A DNA stretch of 64,000 nucleotides from the human T2T-CHM13v2.0 reference genome, Homo sapiens. Below, piece by piece: positions 50,937-63,098 of this stretch. The notes beneath the pieces are model-generated. The model was not told the origin of the DNA. It was given only the letters and a program-made list of their open reading frames with translations, and searched no databases. How positions within the stretch are numbered: the first letter of the stretch is position 1; each line of letters starts with the position of its first letter. Made by a program: the position numbers and the translations under genes. The stretch lies in the NCBI RefSeq assembly GCF_009914755.1, contig NC_060931.1, one strand, 5' to 3'.

Positions 50937-51140
50937 CCAACACTGTCCCCTACAACTCCCTGCAGTGATGGGAATGTCCTATGTCTGTGCTGTCCGATAT
51001 GATAACCACTAGCTCCATGTGGCTGTTGAGCCCTTAAAATGTGGCCAGAACAACTGAGGATGTGGGTTTTTAATTTGATTAATTTAAATTCAAATAGCCA
51101 CATATGGGTAGTGGCTATCATATTGGAATAGTTTAGGTCT
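50937..51140. mobile_element. MER3-like hAT-Charlie element
   Basis: gtgatgggaatgtcctatgtctgtgctgtccgatatg...atgtggctgttgagc...aaatagccacatatg..tagtggctatcatattgg. Confidence 0.8.
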
Positions 51141-51773
51141 GGATGAATTAACAATTCATTCAATCTGACTTACCTCTGTCCCCTATGTATGTGCTGATTC
51201 TGAGTTGCTGGGGGGCTCACAGGGAGGAAGCTATGGACCAGAGGAGAGGGAGAGGGTAGAGGGGAAAGACCAGTGGACGGACACCCAAGTTGACCTTCAC
51301 AGCCAAGCCCAGAACTGGCCTGATTTGAGGCTCAGGTTGCCTGTGCTAGGCAGTGCAGAAGATCCGCAGTGTGAGTTTCCAGCTCTCATCTTGTTGAGTG
51401 GGACCTTGACGAGGCGGGGCTCTAAGCTTGGAGCCAACTCTGGAGGCAGCCTCTGGCTCCCTGTGTGAGACCTAGCCCAGGCCACCTTCTGAATACACAC
51501 CTTCCCTCTAAACCCACCCACCTAGCAGTGGTCCCAGTGTGAGTGTTCGTGCGTGTGTGCGTGTGCAGCCATGCACACTCATGTCCACGTATAGGCGTGC
51601 GTTTCTCTGTCCAGAGCTGCCCATGTCTTGGCCCTTGGCTCCCTCATTCTCCTCCACATGACTGCCCTGGCCCTGTCTCCATACCCTCCTCTTTTCTGCT
51701 TTCCCTGTAAACTGAGTTTCTTCACTGCCTGGTGCCCCCCAGCTGACAGAAGTGCTAATCTTGTCACACCCAG

Positions 51774-51857
51774 CAGCTGCGTGCAGAAATGCTACTGCAA
51801 GCCACAGCGGGCTCAGCAGCACTCTTGCAAGATGTCAGAACTGTCCACCATTACTCT
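51774..51857 (+). CDS. ADCYAP1R1: Alternative exon 15 'hop' cassette: [27 protein letters not shown](L); hop1 starts 51774, hop2 starts 51777
   Basis: Tandem acceptor cag|cag|; donor ACTCT|gtaagt; 84 or 81 nt, phase 2-2. Confidence 0.96.
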
Positions 51858-52269
51858 GTAAGTGTGCGTGGCCGAGGCTGTGGCCGGGAATCCTGGAGGG
51901 GTGGGGGACGCATGCTGCCACTGCCGCTGCTGGAGGAGAGTGGAGAGCCAGCCTCTGCCTCCCAGCCCCAACCCATTCCCGGCTGTTGCATGTTGGTGTC
52001 TGTGTGTCTTGTGAGTTCTCTGCAGCCTCGTGGTCATGGGGTGGGTGGGCAGGGTGTGGGGATGGATCTACGGCCATTGTGGGTGCTTCCTGAGGAAGCA
52101 GCACCCCCATGTTCTCTGCTGCTGCTGCCTGGTGTGTGGCCTTCCTCAGTCCCCAACTTCTCTGAGCTTCAGTGTTTTCAACTGCCAAATTATTTCCAAG
52201 AGTCTTAGAGCCTGAGTTCGTATAGACCTTCCCCCACACAGGGCAGGGAACTTCACTCCAGTGTCCACA

Positions 52270-52440
52270 GCACTTTGTGTGTGAGTCAGCATTAACTCAC
52301 TAAATCCCCACAACAACTCTATGAGCTGGGTCCTGGTATCATCACCATTTTACAAATGAGAAAACTGAAGTGCTGAGAGATGAAGTCACTCACTCAAGGA
52401 CCCCTAATTGACAGAGGGAGGATTTGAACCCAGAGAATCC
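52270..52440 (-). mobile_element. MIR SINE
   Basis: ccattttacaaatgagaaaactgaag...gaagtcactcactcaagg...ggatttgaacccag. Confidence 0.75.
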
Positions 52441-53923
52441 TAAGCACTTCGCCCCAAGGAGTCTCTGGCTGGAATATCAGATTTATTCAATTTGGACATC
52501 CCTTTTACTTAAGGTGCCATTGCTCCCCTGGGCAGCCCACTGTTATTTGGGCATCTCTGATGCCCTTCTTGGTATTTTAGGACTCTTCTGCCCATTGCTG
52601 GCTCCTCAGGGCAGGAGGACAGAGGCCTAGGCCCCGTGTCATTTTGGGTAATGGCTCACATCATATGTTTCTGTTGCAAGACGTCAGTTAGCTTAGAAGC
52701 ACAGTCCCAGAACCCTGGGCTCTAGAGACTCCTTGTCTGTCCCTACTGCCCCATTTGCCAAAGTGGCCACCGGGATGCCCTGGCTCCCCAGCAGAAGTCC
52801 CTGTCTGTTCTGGGGCTGCTGTGGGGCTGCTGGGGAGGGAAGGTGTTGCCCTTGGACTGTGCTGTGGGATGCCCTCACTACCATCACTGCATCCACCTTG
52901 TGGCTGGGAAAGGCCTGAAGGGTCACTGTTTCTCACACTCTGAATCCATCCCATGTAATTCCACCACAGAAGCTGGAGAGATTTGACTTATTGGTTTCCA
53001 GGGCCCTTTTTAGACTACAGGGACAAGTACTTGGAAATGGTCCCACCTATGGGAACAGATGCCAGGAGGAGGAAGGCAGGGGCCACAGGCATGTTCTGGG
53101 GCCAGCTTCCTTTCCTGGGCTCCTTCAATAGATATCTTTTTAAAAGTAGCCCCTATAGGTAGGGCCACAGAGGAGTCCCCAAGACATCCATGTCCCTGTG
53201 TTTCTGGCCATTTTCCTCTGCATTCCCGACTTTCATTCCTTCTGCAAGCACCCTCTGTTGCCTTCTGGTGCCAGGCATGGATAACCAGAGATGAACAAGA
53301 CCCGAGCGCCCAAGAGAGAATTCAGTTTTGAGGATGCTGAGGCTCTCAAAGTAGGCCTGTGTGCCACATGGATTTCTTCATGGAACAGGCAGCTCCCTGC
53401 CCCAGATAAATGAGGCACCACCCCCACCTTCAGGGAGTCACAGTCAGAGACAGACAGATAAGAGGAAGGATGGAAGGATGGACTGGTCAGGATTGCATCT
53501 GGGCTTAGCAGGAACCTGCTCGGATCCTGGTGGCCCTTGTCTGTGAGCAGGGCGGAAAGGGTGGACCCCCACACTCATGGTCCTCTTCCTTTACGGGCTG
53601 AGCTCCCTCTGCCTAAAGATCTCCTCAGGCTGCTCCTCCTCCCCCTGTGTCTCCTCCTTCCTTCCTTCTCCTCTCTGAATGTAAGCTAGGAAGTCAAGGG
53701 CCTCACACAGACTCCAAGAGTTCAGCTTCTCTAGAGATCTGGAGCTCCCATGTTCAACAGAACATTCTCTCCCAGAAAGGCTGAATGCGGGAGAGAGGGA
53801 CACATGGTGTAATTGCCCCAAATCAAACGACTGCCTCATGCCTGCTGTCCACCCCGGGGGACTTAGCTGTGCTGGGAGATGGGGAGGCTGATCCTCTGGA
53901 GGAGATGGGCCAGGTGCAGCCTG

Positions 53924-53967
53924 GGGGCAGGCCACATCTGCGGGGCAGGCCACATCTGCAGGGCAGA
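53924..53967. repeat. 18-bp tandem duplication GGGGCAGGCCACATCTGC x2 plus partial third copy
   Basis: Units 53924-53941 and 53942-53959. Confidence 0.9.
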
Positions 53968-54883
53968 GCTGGACACTCTGGGGGAGACCCACAGGGAGCC
54001 AGTGTGCCCACTCTGGGTGAATGCTTGTGAGTGTCCCCTATAGAGCAGGACCCACAAGTGCACATGGTCCAGGTGTCCTAGCTGTGGGCTTCTGTGGCCC
54101 TGTGGCTTCAGAACAGAGCCCCACCGTGCTGTCAGCCTAGGGCCAGAGGCAGGCAGGGGAACTCCAGGAGAGCTGCCTCAGGAAGCACTGCAGTCCTCCG
54201 GCCCTTCCTCCCCTGCCTGGCCCACTTCAGAGCATTCTCTTCCACCTTTGACTCAGTTTCCCAGCAGGAGGTTCCTCCTGCCCAGTTGGAGATTGCCGAT
54301 GCCCAGGGTCCGTAAGTTCCTCCTAGAATCCCTCCCGAGTTTCTTCCTCTGTGATCCACTCACTGAGCCTTTCCTCCCTCCCTGCCATCAGCACTTCCCC
54401 ATCACTTGGTGAGTGTCCCGGCTAGCCCCAGGCTCCAAAAAGCCAACTGTCTCTGTGGCCCATCGAGGGCTGCTTCTTTCAGGCACAAAGAGCTTTCTTC
54501 CAGAACAGGAGAGTGGCTGCTCTGCCTGAGGACCCTGCATTTCCCACAAGCTTGTCAGTCTGATCCCTGTGTTTTGCCCTGACTTTGCTTTTCCAGAAGG
54601 TTTTGCACGTCACCCAAGGGGTCCCTGTAAATCGTGTGCACATTTTTAGTGGTTCTACAGGCTATTGACTGAGTGTCTTGCAGACTGGGGATGTCTCCCC
54701 ACAATATCCCAGAGTCCTGGCAGCCCAGGCCACTTGTACTGGGAGAGAATGCTGAGGGGTCTGTGGACACGGGCCCCAGCTTGGAGGGAGAATAAGGGAC
54801 TGGGGCTGAGTTCTCTGCCCTCCGTGGCTCTGGCCCCGAGCCCTGGAAGTCCCCAGAGCAGATGTTTTGCTTTCCTCCGACAG

Positions 54884-55013
54884 GCGACTGGCCCGGTCCA
54901 CCCTGCTGCTCATCCCACTATTCGGAATCCACTACACAGTATTTGCCTTCTCCCCAGAGAATGTCAGCAAAAGGGAAAGACTCGTGTTTGAGCTGGGGCT
55001 GGGCTCCTTCCAG
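54884..55013 (+). CDS. ADCYAP1R1: Exon 16: TM6/ECL3, [43 protein letters not shown]
   Basis: ctccgacag|G ... CAG|gtaggt; 130 nt; PxxG motif. Confidence 0.97.
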
Positions 55014-56514
55014 GTAGGTGTGGCACATGGGGAGGACAGAACTCACTGGGAGCCAGGGCCTGGTTGCTCACCTGCAAGTGGTGCTGGAGCCTCTTTAATC
55101 TTGACTGTAAAGTGAGTGCTAGAGTAGAGGTGATGAGGGAGCCCTGTCTGCTGTCTACCCTTAGGGCTCCTGTAAGAAGACACACTGGTGTCTGCCCATC
55201 ACTGCATCTGAGTATCCTGAGCCAGCTGCCCCCACTCCTGGCCCCCACCCTGGGTGACCTGAGATGGCATCTCCCAGCAGCCTGGGGTGCAGGGTGGAGT
55301 GTCCTCAAGAGCCCAGTGTGTCCACATCCTGCCTTCAGCTTTTTAGGCCATGTACCCCTTGAGTTCTGTCTTACCTACATCTAGATCCCCAGCACAGGGC
55401 CTGGCCACAGAGAGCCCAGTGAGCTGCACAAATGCATGAGCAAACAGACATGAGTGAGTGGGGGGATGAGAGGGTGAACAGAATGCTGCCTTAGTGCCTG
55501 GAGGAAGGAGTGGATGGACTGGAAATGAGTAAGGGGCTAGGTGAATCACCATGAGGAAATGAGCAGGCAGGAGCAGCAGTAGGAGGATGAAGGCAGGGGC
55601 AGCTCCCTGGAGTGTCTGGGGATAGAGCGCCTCTCCCTAAGCCAGCTGTTTGAATTAGTATTTGATCTTGATGGTCAGAAAGTTACTCTCCATATCTGAC
55701 TTGACCTTCTCCACCATTTTAATCCAAGGCCATTTAACCGGGCCCAGGTTCTTAGTCTGGTGAGACTGACTATGGGTCTCACCTGAGACTGGCCTCATGG
55801 GCTCATAGACAAAGCCCTGGCCCAGGAGTGAGAGCCCAGGGCTCTTGTCTCTGTGCTTGCTGACCAGTTCTGGGGTCCTTGAGCTATCATTCTTCCAACA
55901 CCTTCAAACGACAGCACAGGGCACAGGGATTGCAAGGAACTAATTTGCAGCATTCAAGAAAATGCTCCTGCTTTTTTGGTGTAGATTTAAAGAATATATA
56001 GAGAATAGCTAAGTGCATACGCTGTGCCAAGTACTCGCTCTGCGTGGTGTTCTGCATTGCTGTGTATGATAGTATCTGGCCCAAGGAGGGCAGATTGGGG
56101 AGATGATGGTGGACAAGGATGGCACAGGTCTGTTCTGTCCTGGAGGGTTCCTACCCTCAGAAGCCTGCAGGATGGTTAGGAGCTAAGAGAAATTCTAGGG
56201 CATTCAGGGAAGGCTTCTTATAGGAAGTGGGATAGAGCTGGCCTTTGGGAATGGGAAGGATCTGACCAAGGGAATGTGAGATCCAAAGCTAGAATGTATC
56301 TGTGGGACAGGACTTGACCACCAGCCACGTGGCCTCATGGGTGTGCCCATCTTGGTAGAGTAGAACTGTCCCATCTTACCCCAGATCCCTGGGCAGGTGC
56401 CCCCATCCAGGTCATGGTGTATTTCTGCTTCCTAGAGTCATCCCCTCCATGCCCCACACAGCATTTCAGAAAGTCCTTTGCTAGCATCCTCAGGCTTATT
56501 TTCTCTATTCCCAG

Positions 56515-56556
56515 GGCTTTGTGGTGGCTGTTCTCTACTGTTTTCTGAATGGTGAG
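56515..56556 (+). CDS. ADCYAP1R1: Exon 17: TM7, GFVVAVLYCFLNGE
   Basis: attcccag|GGC ... GAG|gtaaga; 42 nt. Confidence 0.97.
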
Positions 56557-57627
56557 GTAAGACCTTGGCCCTCTGGCTTCTTGGCAGTGGAAGTGGGGCT
56601 TTCTGGGGAGCAGACAGGGGAACCACCTGTTGGCCACATGGGACTGACTCTTCAGAGAGGGCTCTGCCAGGCTCCCAGCACTGAGAGGAGGGGCTGGTCA
56701 TACAGCTCCTGGCATTGTGTGGTGCCAGGACCTCCTGATACCCACACCCTGTGCTGGAATCTGTCCCACTTTGCCAGCTGTGCAGCTAAGGCCCCACCCA
56801 AAGAGCAAAGCTCCTGGTAAAAGCGTCGGCTCTGCTGAGCGCAGATCTCCCTGGGAGGGTCCTCTCCATAAGACACTCCGTGGTGAGGAGGAATTGACAA
56901 TAAGGAAGGGTGGGGCACAGGACATAGGACCTACAGGCCATGAGGCTGTGCTAGGCAGAGCTGCTGAGCCAGGAGCTGCCTGGCACTCAGGGTTGCCCTT
57001 AACTGGCCAGCCAGCCTGGCCCAAACTGTCCCCTGGTAGAAGGGAGACTGTGAGAATTTGGAAGAGACCCCAGGGAGAGACCTGGAACCTTCTATTAATA
57101 CTCCATTGCCAGAGCTGTGGTTCGGGGGCTCCCTCTGTACCCTATTGGGGTAAAGCGCTTGAGCACAACCCAAAACAGAGGTGCTGGGGCAGCGGTGGGG
57201 ACTGAATGGCTAGGGTGGATTTGAGAGTAGGCGGGAGTCTTTGCACCAGTGCTTGGGTCTTAGCTGCATCACCTTGGCAGGCTCCTCCCTCTTTTGCATC
57301 TGAGCAACAGAGATTGGGCTCTGTGATCGCCCAGACAACCTACAGAAGGATCAGATTAGGACAGACAAGAGAGGCAGAAAGGGCCCTGCAGGTAGTGGCC
57401 AGGAGAGCTTAGAAGTGGGCATGTATGTAGCTTGTTCAGAGCTTGCAGTGAAAGTAGGAGCTGGAACTGGAGAGGGTGGGTGTAGGCGCTGCTTCCAGTT
57501 GTGCAGTCTGTGCACTGCACGAAGGTGCTTGACTGAGAAGGCACATGGAGGCTGAGACTCAGCATGGCCCCCACTCACCATGCTAAGAGCTACATGGGTG
57601 TGTGTTTTCCCAGAGGGGTGCATTATT

Positions 57628-57780
57628 TAATGGTTCTCAACCCTGACTGGGAAGCTTTAAAAAATATGATGTCTGGGTCTTGTGCAGAACTTTTGATATA
57701 ATTGTTCTGGGGTATGGCCTGGGCATCTGGAATTTTTAAAGCCCCCCAGGTAATTCTAATGTGTAGCCCACTCTTACTGG
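57628..57780. mobile_element. MER5-family element
   Basis: tggttctcaaccctg...ggcctgggcatctggaatttttaaagcc...aggtaattctaatgtgtagcc. Confidence 0.75.
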
Positions 57781-58142
57781 TCAGCCAAGAGTGGGGATCC
57801 TTTCCTGATCCACCTGCCCTGTGGGACTGCTTGTTAAAGATTTCCTGAAGGACCCAATGGACTATTCTCTGCCTGGCCTGAAAACAACAGGGAGCCGTTA
57901 GAGGGCCTTGCTCAGAAAGTGGCAAGGGAAGGGGCTGTTCCGGTCAGCTCCTCAGAGGCTTCCTTGCCTACAGCTGCTAAAAGCCCCCACTGGAGACCTT
58001 GAGGGCCGCAGGCTGCAACTGGGGAGTGGGCAGGGTGCTGAGGGTGGCACTGCCAGCCTGGGAAGGGCCCCAGGCCAGGACAGGGCCTGGAGGCTGCAGA
58101 GGATGTCCATCTGGAAGTGACCGCCCAGTTTGCTCCCTGCAG

Positions 58143-58331
58143 GTACAAGCGGAGATCAAGCGAAAATGGCGAAGCTGGAAGGTGAACCGTTACTTCGCTG
58201 TGGACTTCAAGCACCGACACCCGTCTCTGGCCAGCAGTGGGGTGAATGGGGGCACCCAGCTCTCCATCCTGAGCAAGAGCAGCTCCCAAATCCGCATGTC
58301 TGGCCTCCCTGCTGACAATCTGGCCACCTGA
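58143..58331 (+). CDS. ADCYAP1R1: Exon 18 coding part: helix 8 and C-tail, [18 protein letters not shown]...ADNLAT*
   Basis: ccctgcag|GTA; TGA at 58329-58331; 189 nt. Confidence 0.97.
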   Translation, partial: VQAEIKRKWRSWKVNRYFAVDFKHRHPSLASSGVNGGTQLSILSKSSSQIRMSGLPADNLAT

Positions 58332-60388
58332 GCCATGCTCCCCTCCTCCTCCTCTCCTCCATCCACAGGCTGGGACCGCAGGCAGGTGCCAGCCCACGCA
58401 TGTTTGCGCCTCTTCCCTCCCCTTGGGCAGGCCCTGGGCTGGAAGCTTGGCTCCTGAGGGGGGAGAAGGAGGCAGGGCACAGACTGGGATTGTCCCCTCC
58501 TTGTTTTGGTACTGGTCCCACCCACTGTGGTCCCCTGGGCCCTGACCCCAGACATGTAAATACTCCTCAAATTTGGAAAAGTTGTCCCATCCCTTCCCCC
58601 TTTGCCCCAGTGTCCCTGCTCACTTCCAGTCAGGTCTCAGCTCCACCCCACTGTTTCTTGGTCAGCCTCAGTGATGGCCTGACCCCAGCTGTGAGGCCTT
58701 GTGAGCTAAGGCTGAAGAGACCTTGCCTGTGGGAGCTGGGGTGGTACCTGCCCCAACAGCCCCCCATCATCTGATTTTGGGTGTGACCCCTCGAGTGTGC
58801 ATGCCACCCTGGGGCTCTTCTCAGTCCTGGGCCCAAGTCCCTGAAGCCTAGCAGAGGGCCAGCTCGGGTGGCCAGAACACCCCTTGGTGCAGGCCTCCTG
58901 GCACTCGCCTGGCATCTTGGTGTCCGGGTGCTCAGCTCCTGGGTCCCAGGGCAGTGGGACAGCTCCCAGGCTCTTCTCATCAGAGACTTCAGTTTGGGTG
59001 GGGAGTCTGCAGGTCAGGGAAGGTTCTGGTGCTTTTCGTTTGATCCAAAAGGAGCTGAGAGCCAGAAATGTGGCTGTGATTGCGAAAGAGACGGAGTTTG
59101 GGAGACCCATGGAAGAAAACCTTCGCCATCTCCATTGTTTTACCCCCAGCTCAAGATGGACAGGGTTCTTCTGGTCATCTCCCTTCCACCTCTTCCACCC
59201 TCATGGATGCCTTCCAGAAGCTGTCTCCAACCATGCACACCACAGAGAGCCCTTAAGCCCTCCCCTCCCCATTTCCCCTAAGTCAAAGCCATGACTAGGA
59301 TGTACCAGCCACCTGCCTCTGATGTCGGCGAATCCTGAAGCACCTGCACCCGAATCTGGGGCCCAGGGCTGCCCGACCCCCACTCCCATGGATGATGAGG
59401 AGCCCCAGACACCAGCTCCTCTGGCCTGGACTCAACTATTGAAATCTCTCTGAGACCTCTGCAAAGATGTCCCTTTTATGCCCTTGACCTTGACTCACCA
59501 TGGGCTGCTGGGGTGTCGGGAGAAGCCACACCCAACATGCCCATTAGCAGAGGCTGCTGCTGATGTGGCAGCTGCTCCCTACCACCCGCCCTGGCTCCCC
59601 AGCTTCAGGTTGCACACCCTCAGCCTGAGAATGTAAAATAGGGCAGTGCCCAGCTGGGGAGGTAGAGGAAAGTGCTAGAGTACATGGTCCGTGTGTGGCC
59701 TAGCTCATTCCATGTCAGCATTTGGTGTTACTCCTGTCCAAATTCTGTTTGCAGACTTGTTTCATGATGATGCTCTGGAATGCTTGGGGACTTTGGGTGG
59801 AGGAGGATGTTACTTCATTTTATAAAGAGGAAGGGGCCTGGGAGACTTGGGAAAATGTTTCTGGAGAGGCTTTCAGAGTGGCTGGAAAAGGCTCTTGTTG
59901 CTGTAATTTAGAGAGGAGCTCTGTGTCCTTGGCCAGTCAAGTAAGTTCCTGGATCTTTGGCAAAGCCAGAGGAAGAAAGGAGCTACCTGCCCTTTCCCGG
60001 GCATGCTTGGTGACTCAGATTGATCTTGGAGTGTGCAGTGGCCCTTCTACCCTGCACCTGACCTCATGATCCCCTCCACCTGCACTGGTGTGCATTACTG
60101 AAGCAAGGGTCCTGTGGACATCTTGCATTTTGGGCACTGCTAGGGGGTCTGGGCTGCTTGGAAGGAGCCATGGCCTAGGGTTCAGGGAACTAGACTCTAT
60201 CCCAGTTGGGTTCAGACTGCTGTGACTGTGGACACGATGCTCCTTGTTCTGGGCTCCAGTTTTCCCATTTGTGAGATGAGGCAACTTCCAATGCTTCTCT
60301 AGGCCCTGCACTTAAGTGATTTTTCCAGTTCAAAGTCAAGACAGGTAAAAGGGCATTCATCATTGTGCCTCATATCAGGTTTTGATGA

Positions 60389-60393
<5 letters not shown>

Positions 60394-60422
<29 letters not shown>
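60394..60422. repeat. (TG)n microsatellite in the 3'UTR
   Basis: Direct reading. Confidence 0.95.
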
Positions 60423-60426
<4 letters not shown>

Positions 60427-62299
60427 GGATGGACAGGATGCTGTTTATTTTCCCTTTCTTGGAAATGGACCTTCTGTCCCTTCCATTTGGACACCACAGT
60501 GGAAGCTGGTGGCCTGGAAGGAAGGATTAGGTCATGGACATTTGAACAGGTGCCTTGGGCATGATGTATAGATGCAGTCATATATACCTTGCTGGGGTGG
60601 GGTGCCACCTCCAGTGGCCAGCTCCAGATCCAAGGAGCAGCCCCTTGGGGATGGACCCCATTCATTCATCATGACTCCCAACAGTTTTCATTGTGGAAGA
60701 AGAAACTTTGGCATTATAGAGACATCATCACAAAACAGTAAAAACAAAATCAACCCTGAACCCCATGCACTGTGCTGCTTCCTGAGCCTGGCCCTGCATC
60801 CTCATAGAGGTGCCGGGTTCCTATTGGTTAGTTGGTTGTTTTTCCGTCTGAGTGAATTTTTGCCAGTCTTGTGAGCAGATGTACCTGATGTATTCTCAAT
60901 GTTCCAAGAGGTTCTGGCCTTCAGGGTCACAGGCAGTAGGGGGACAGCATAAGGTCTATGTAAAACCCTTCCCTCTCTGACCCTCTGTTTTCAAATCTGT
61001 AAAATGGGCAATAAGACTAGATGATTTGTATATAGCCCAATGCATCTCTGGAACTCTGTCTAAACACCAGCCATCTACTTGGAATGGGCCCCAGGACTGT
61101 GGTATTTGCCTGGGCCAGGAAAGGATAAGAAATCCTGTCATGTGAAGACAGCTTGAGAGGCTTGAGAAAAGTGGGGCTGGGGAGAAGCAGGCTTGTCAGA
61201 CTCCACCCCTGTTGATGATCATTCCTGGGAAGGGGTTTCTCGTTCTATGCAATCCTAAAGGACGAAACTCACCCATGGGAGGCCGAATTCTCCTTGGGAT
61301 GAAGAAATTGCTCTTTCCCTGTCATGAGTGTCCAGCCAGGGAGCAGGGAGGCAGTGTCAGGGAGGGACTCTCATCCTGGAGGAAATGGGATTCCAAGTCA
61401 AGGATGCTGAGGCTGTCAGGGAGCCAGAGAGGGGGGTCCAAGTGCGGGATGTGGGTGGCTCTGTGGTTCAGTGGCTCTGTGGTAGTTCCTAGCACTGCAG
61501 ACTTCATGACTCCCCACTTAAGTCCAAGTCACATTGTCTATCCCAGTGTGTAGCTCTGTCACCCTGCTTGACACATCCAGTGGCCTACAGCGACTCTTCT
61601 CTAACCCCACCCCCTCCAAGCTGGGTTCTTTGTGGAAGAAGGACAGGGAGCTAGAGCCAAGCCCTAGGCTTGAGAGACACCTGCATCTATAATCCCCGCC
61701 AAGGATGCCCACTCACCTCTCTCATCTGATCCTCACTCTTTGTGGAAGGGAAAGCTCAAAGGGACTCTCTCTCTCTCTCTTTTTTTTTTTTTTTGAGTAG
61801 TACCCTTGCCCTCTTCATGGCCACTTCAAAGTGAAGCCAGCAAAGTGATAATACTTTATCATTTAGTATTATCATAAAGTATTAATACTTTGTCATAAAG
61901 TCCTCCTTGAGCCCAGGGACCATGGAAGTCAGCTAGAAGAGCCCTGAGCAAGGAGCAAGGACTTGGGCTTCTCCACGCTTTGCTCCTGGCTTGTTTGACC
62001 TTGACTCATTCCCCATATGTCTTTGAGGAGGCTCACAAAATACTAAAGCTGGGAGGAAACTTGGAGATCTATAGGTCAAACCTCCCCATTGGGCTGATGA
62101 GAAAATACACGCAGGCCTAGCATGGTGCCTGCCACCATGGTGGGATCCAGTATGTTTTATAAATCTGAATGAGTAAATGGCTCACCAATTTATGCATAGC
62201 CCTGCACATGAGCAGAATGTGACACTCAAAGCATCCATGCAGTACGCATGTAACCTTGCACAGGAGTGGGGCTCTGGTGACCGAAGGTTGTCCAGGACT

Positions 62300-62520
62300 C
62301 TTGCAGGAGAAGCAATGGAGTCAGTGTGGTGTGGGGAGACCTACTTTTTAACCTGGGCTTAGCCACCTGCTCTGTGATCCAGGGCTTACCTTCTTTGGGC
62401 CTCGGCCTCCTAATCTGGGTAATGGGGAGGACTTCATTGGCATTGTTAGTCCCACAGGCCAAGGATAAGGTTGAAATGAGACGGCTTGTGTGTGAAAAGA
62501 TTTTGGAAATTACACAGATG
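62300..62520 (+). mobile_element. MIR fragment in the 3'UTR
   Basis: gctctgtgatccagggcttaccttctttgggcctcggcctcctaatctgggtaatgggg. Confidence 0.55.
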
Positions 62521-63092
62521 TGGGCTTGTTATTGGGATGAAGACTGCTGGAAGGGACTCCTTGCTGTTTATCTACTGCTTTGAGCCCTCCTAAGTTAACC
62601 TGTGCCTCATTTGTAAAACCACCAGCATCAGGAGTAAGGGGGAGGCCAGAGGGCTCAGATGGACACAGAATTCTAGCTTTACCTGCATCCGCTGATTCAG
62701 TTTTCTGTTGGGATCAGAGTGAGGATACTTCCATATGGGTGATAGCAGCCATGCCCCTGGGAGTCAACTTCAAGGATCTGGGACATTTTGGTGTGCCCAT
62801 TCCTTCTTTTCCTGAACTCACAGTCTTGGGGTGTTTCTGCACTTGGCTATGTGTGTCTTGTCTGATGTCTGTCTTCTGTAGCTTTGCCTCTATCAGGGCT
62901 GGAGTGGTGCAGCCCCTGGCATCTCAGACATGGTTCCTGCCTCACTTGTGGGAGCTGGACCAGCCTGGGTTTCATCTCCCACAGTAAAGCTAAGTAAGCC
63001 CCACAGACCTTACTGCTACTGCTGCTGCCATTAATGCTGTGCTCACTATCTTGTCCAGGATTTTAAGGATGTCAGACTGCTGTAGATGACTC

Positions 63093-63098
63093 AATAAA
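63093..63098 (+). terminator. ADCYAP1R1: Polyadenylation signal AATAAA
   Basis: Canonical hexamer followed by T/GT-rich sequence (ttttgccatttttcctggtggctgt). Confidence 0.8.
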
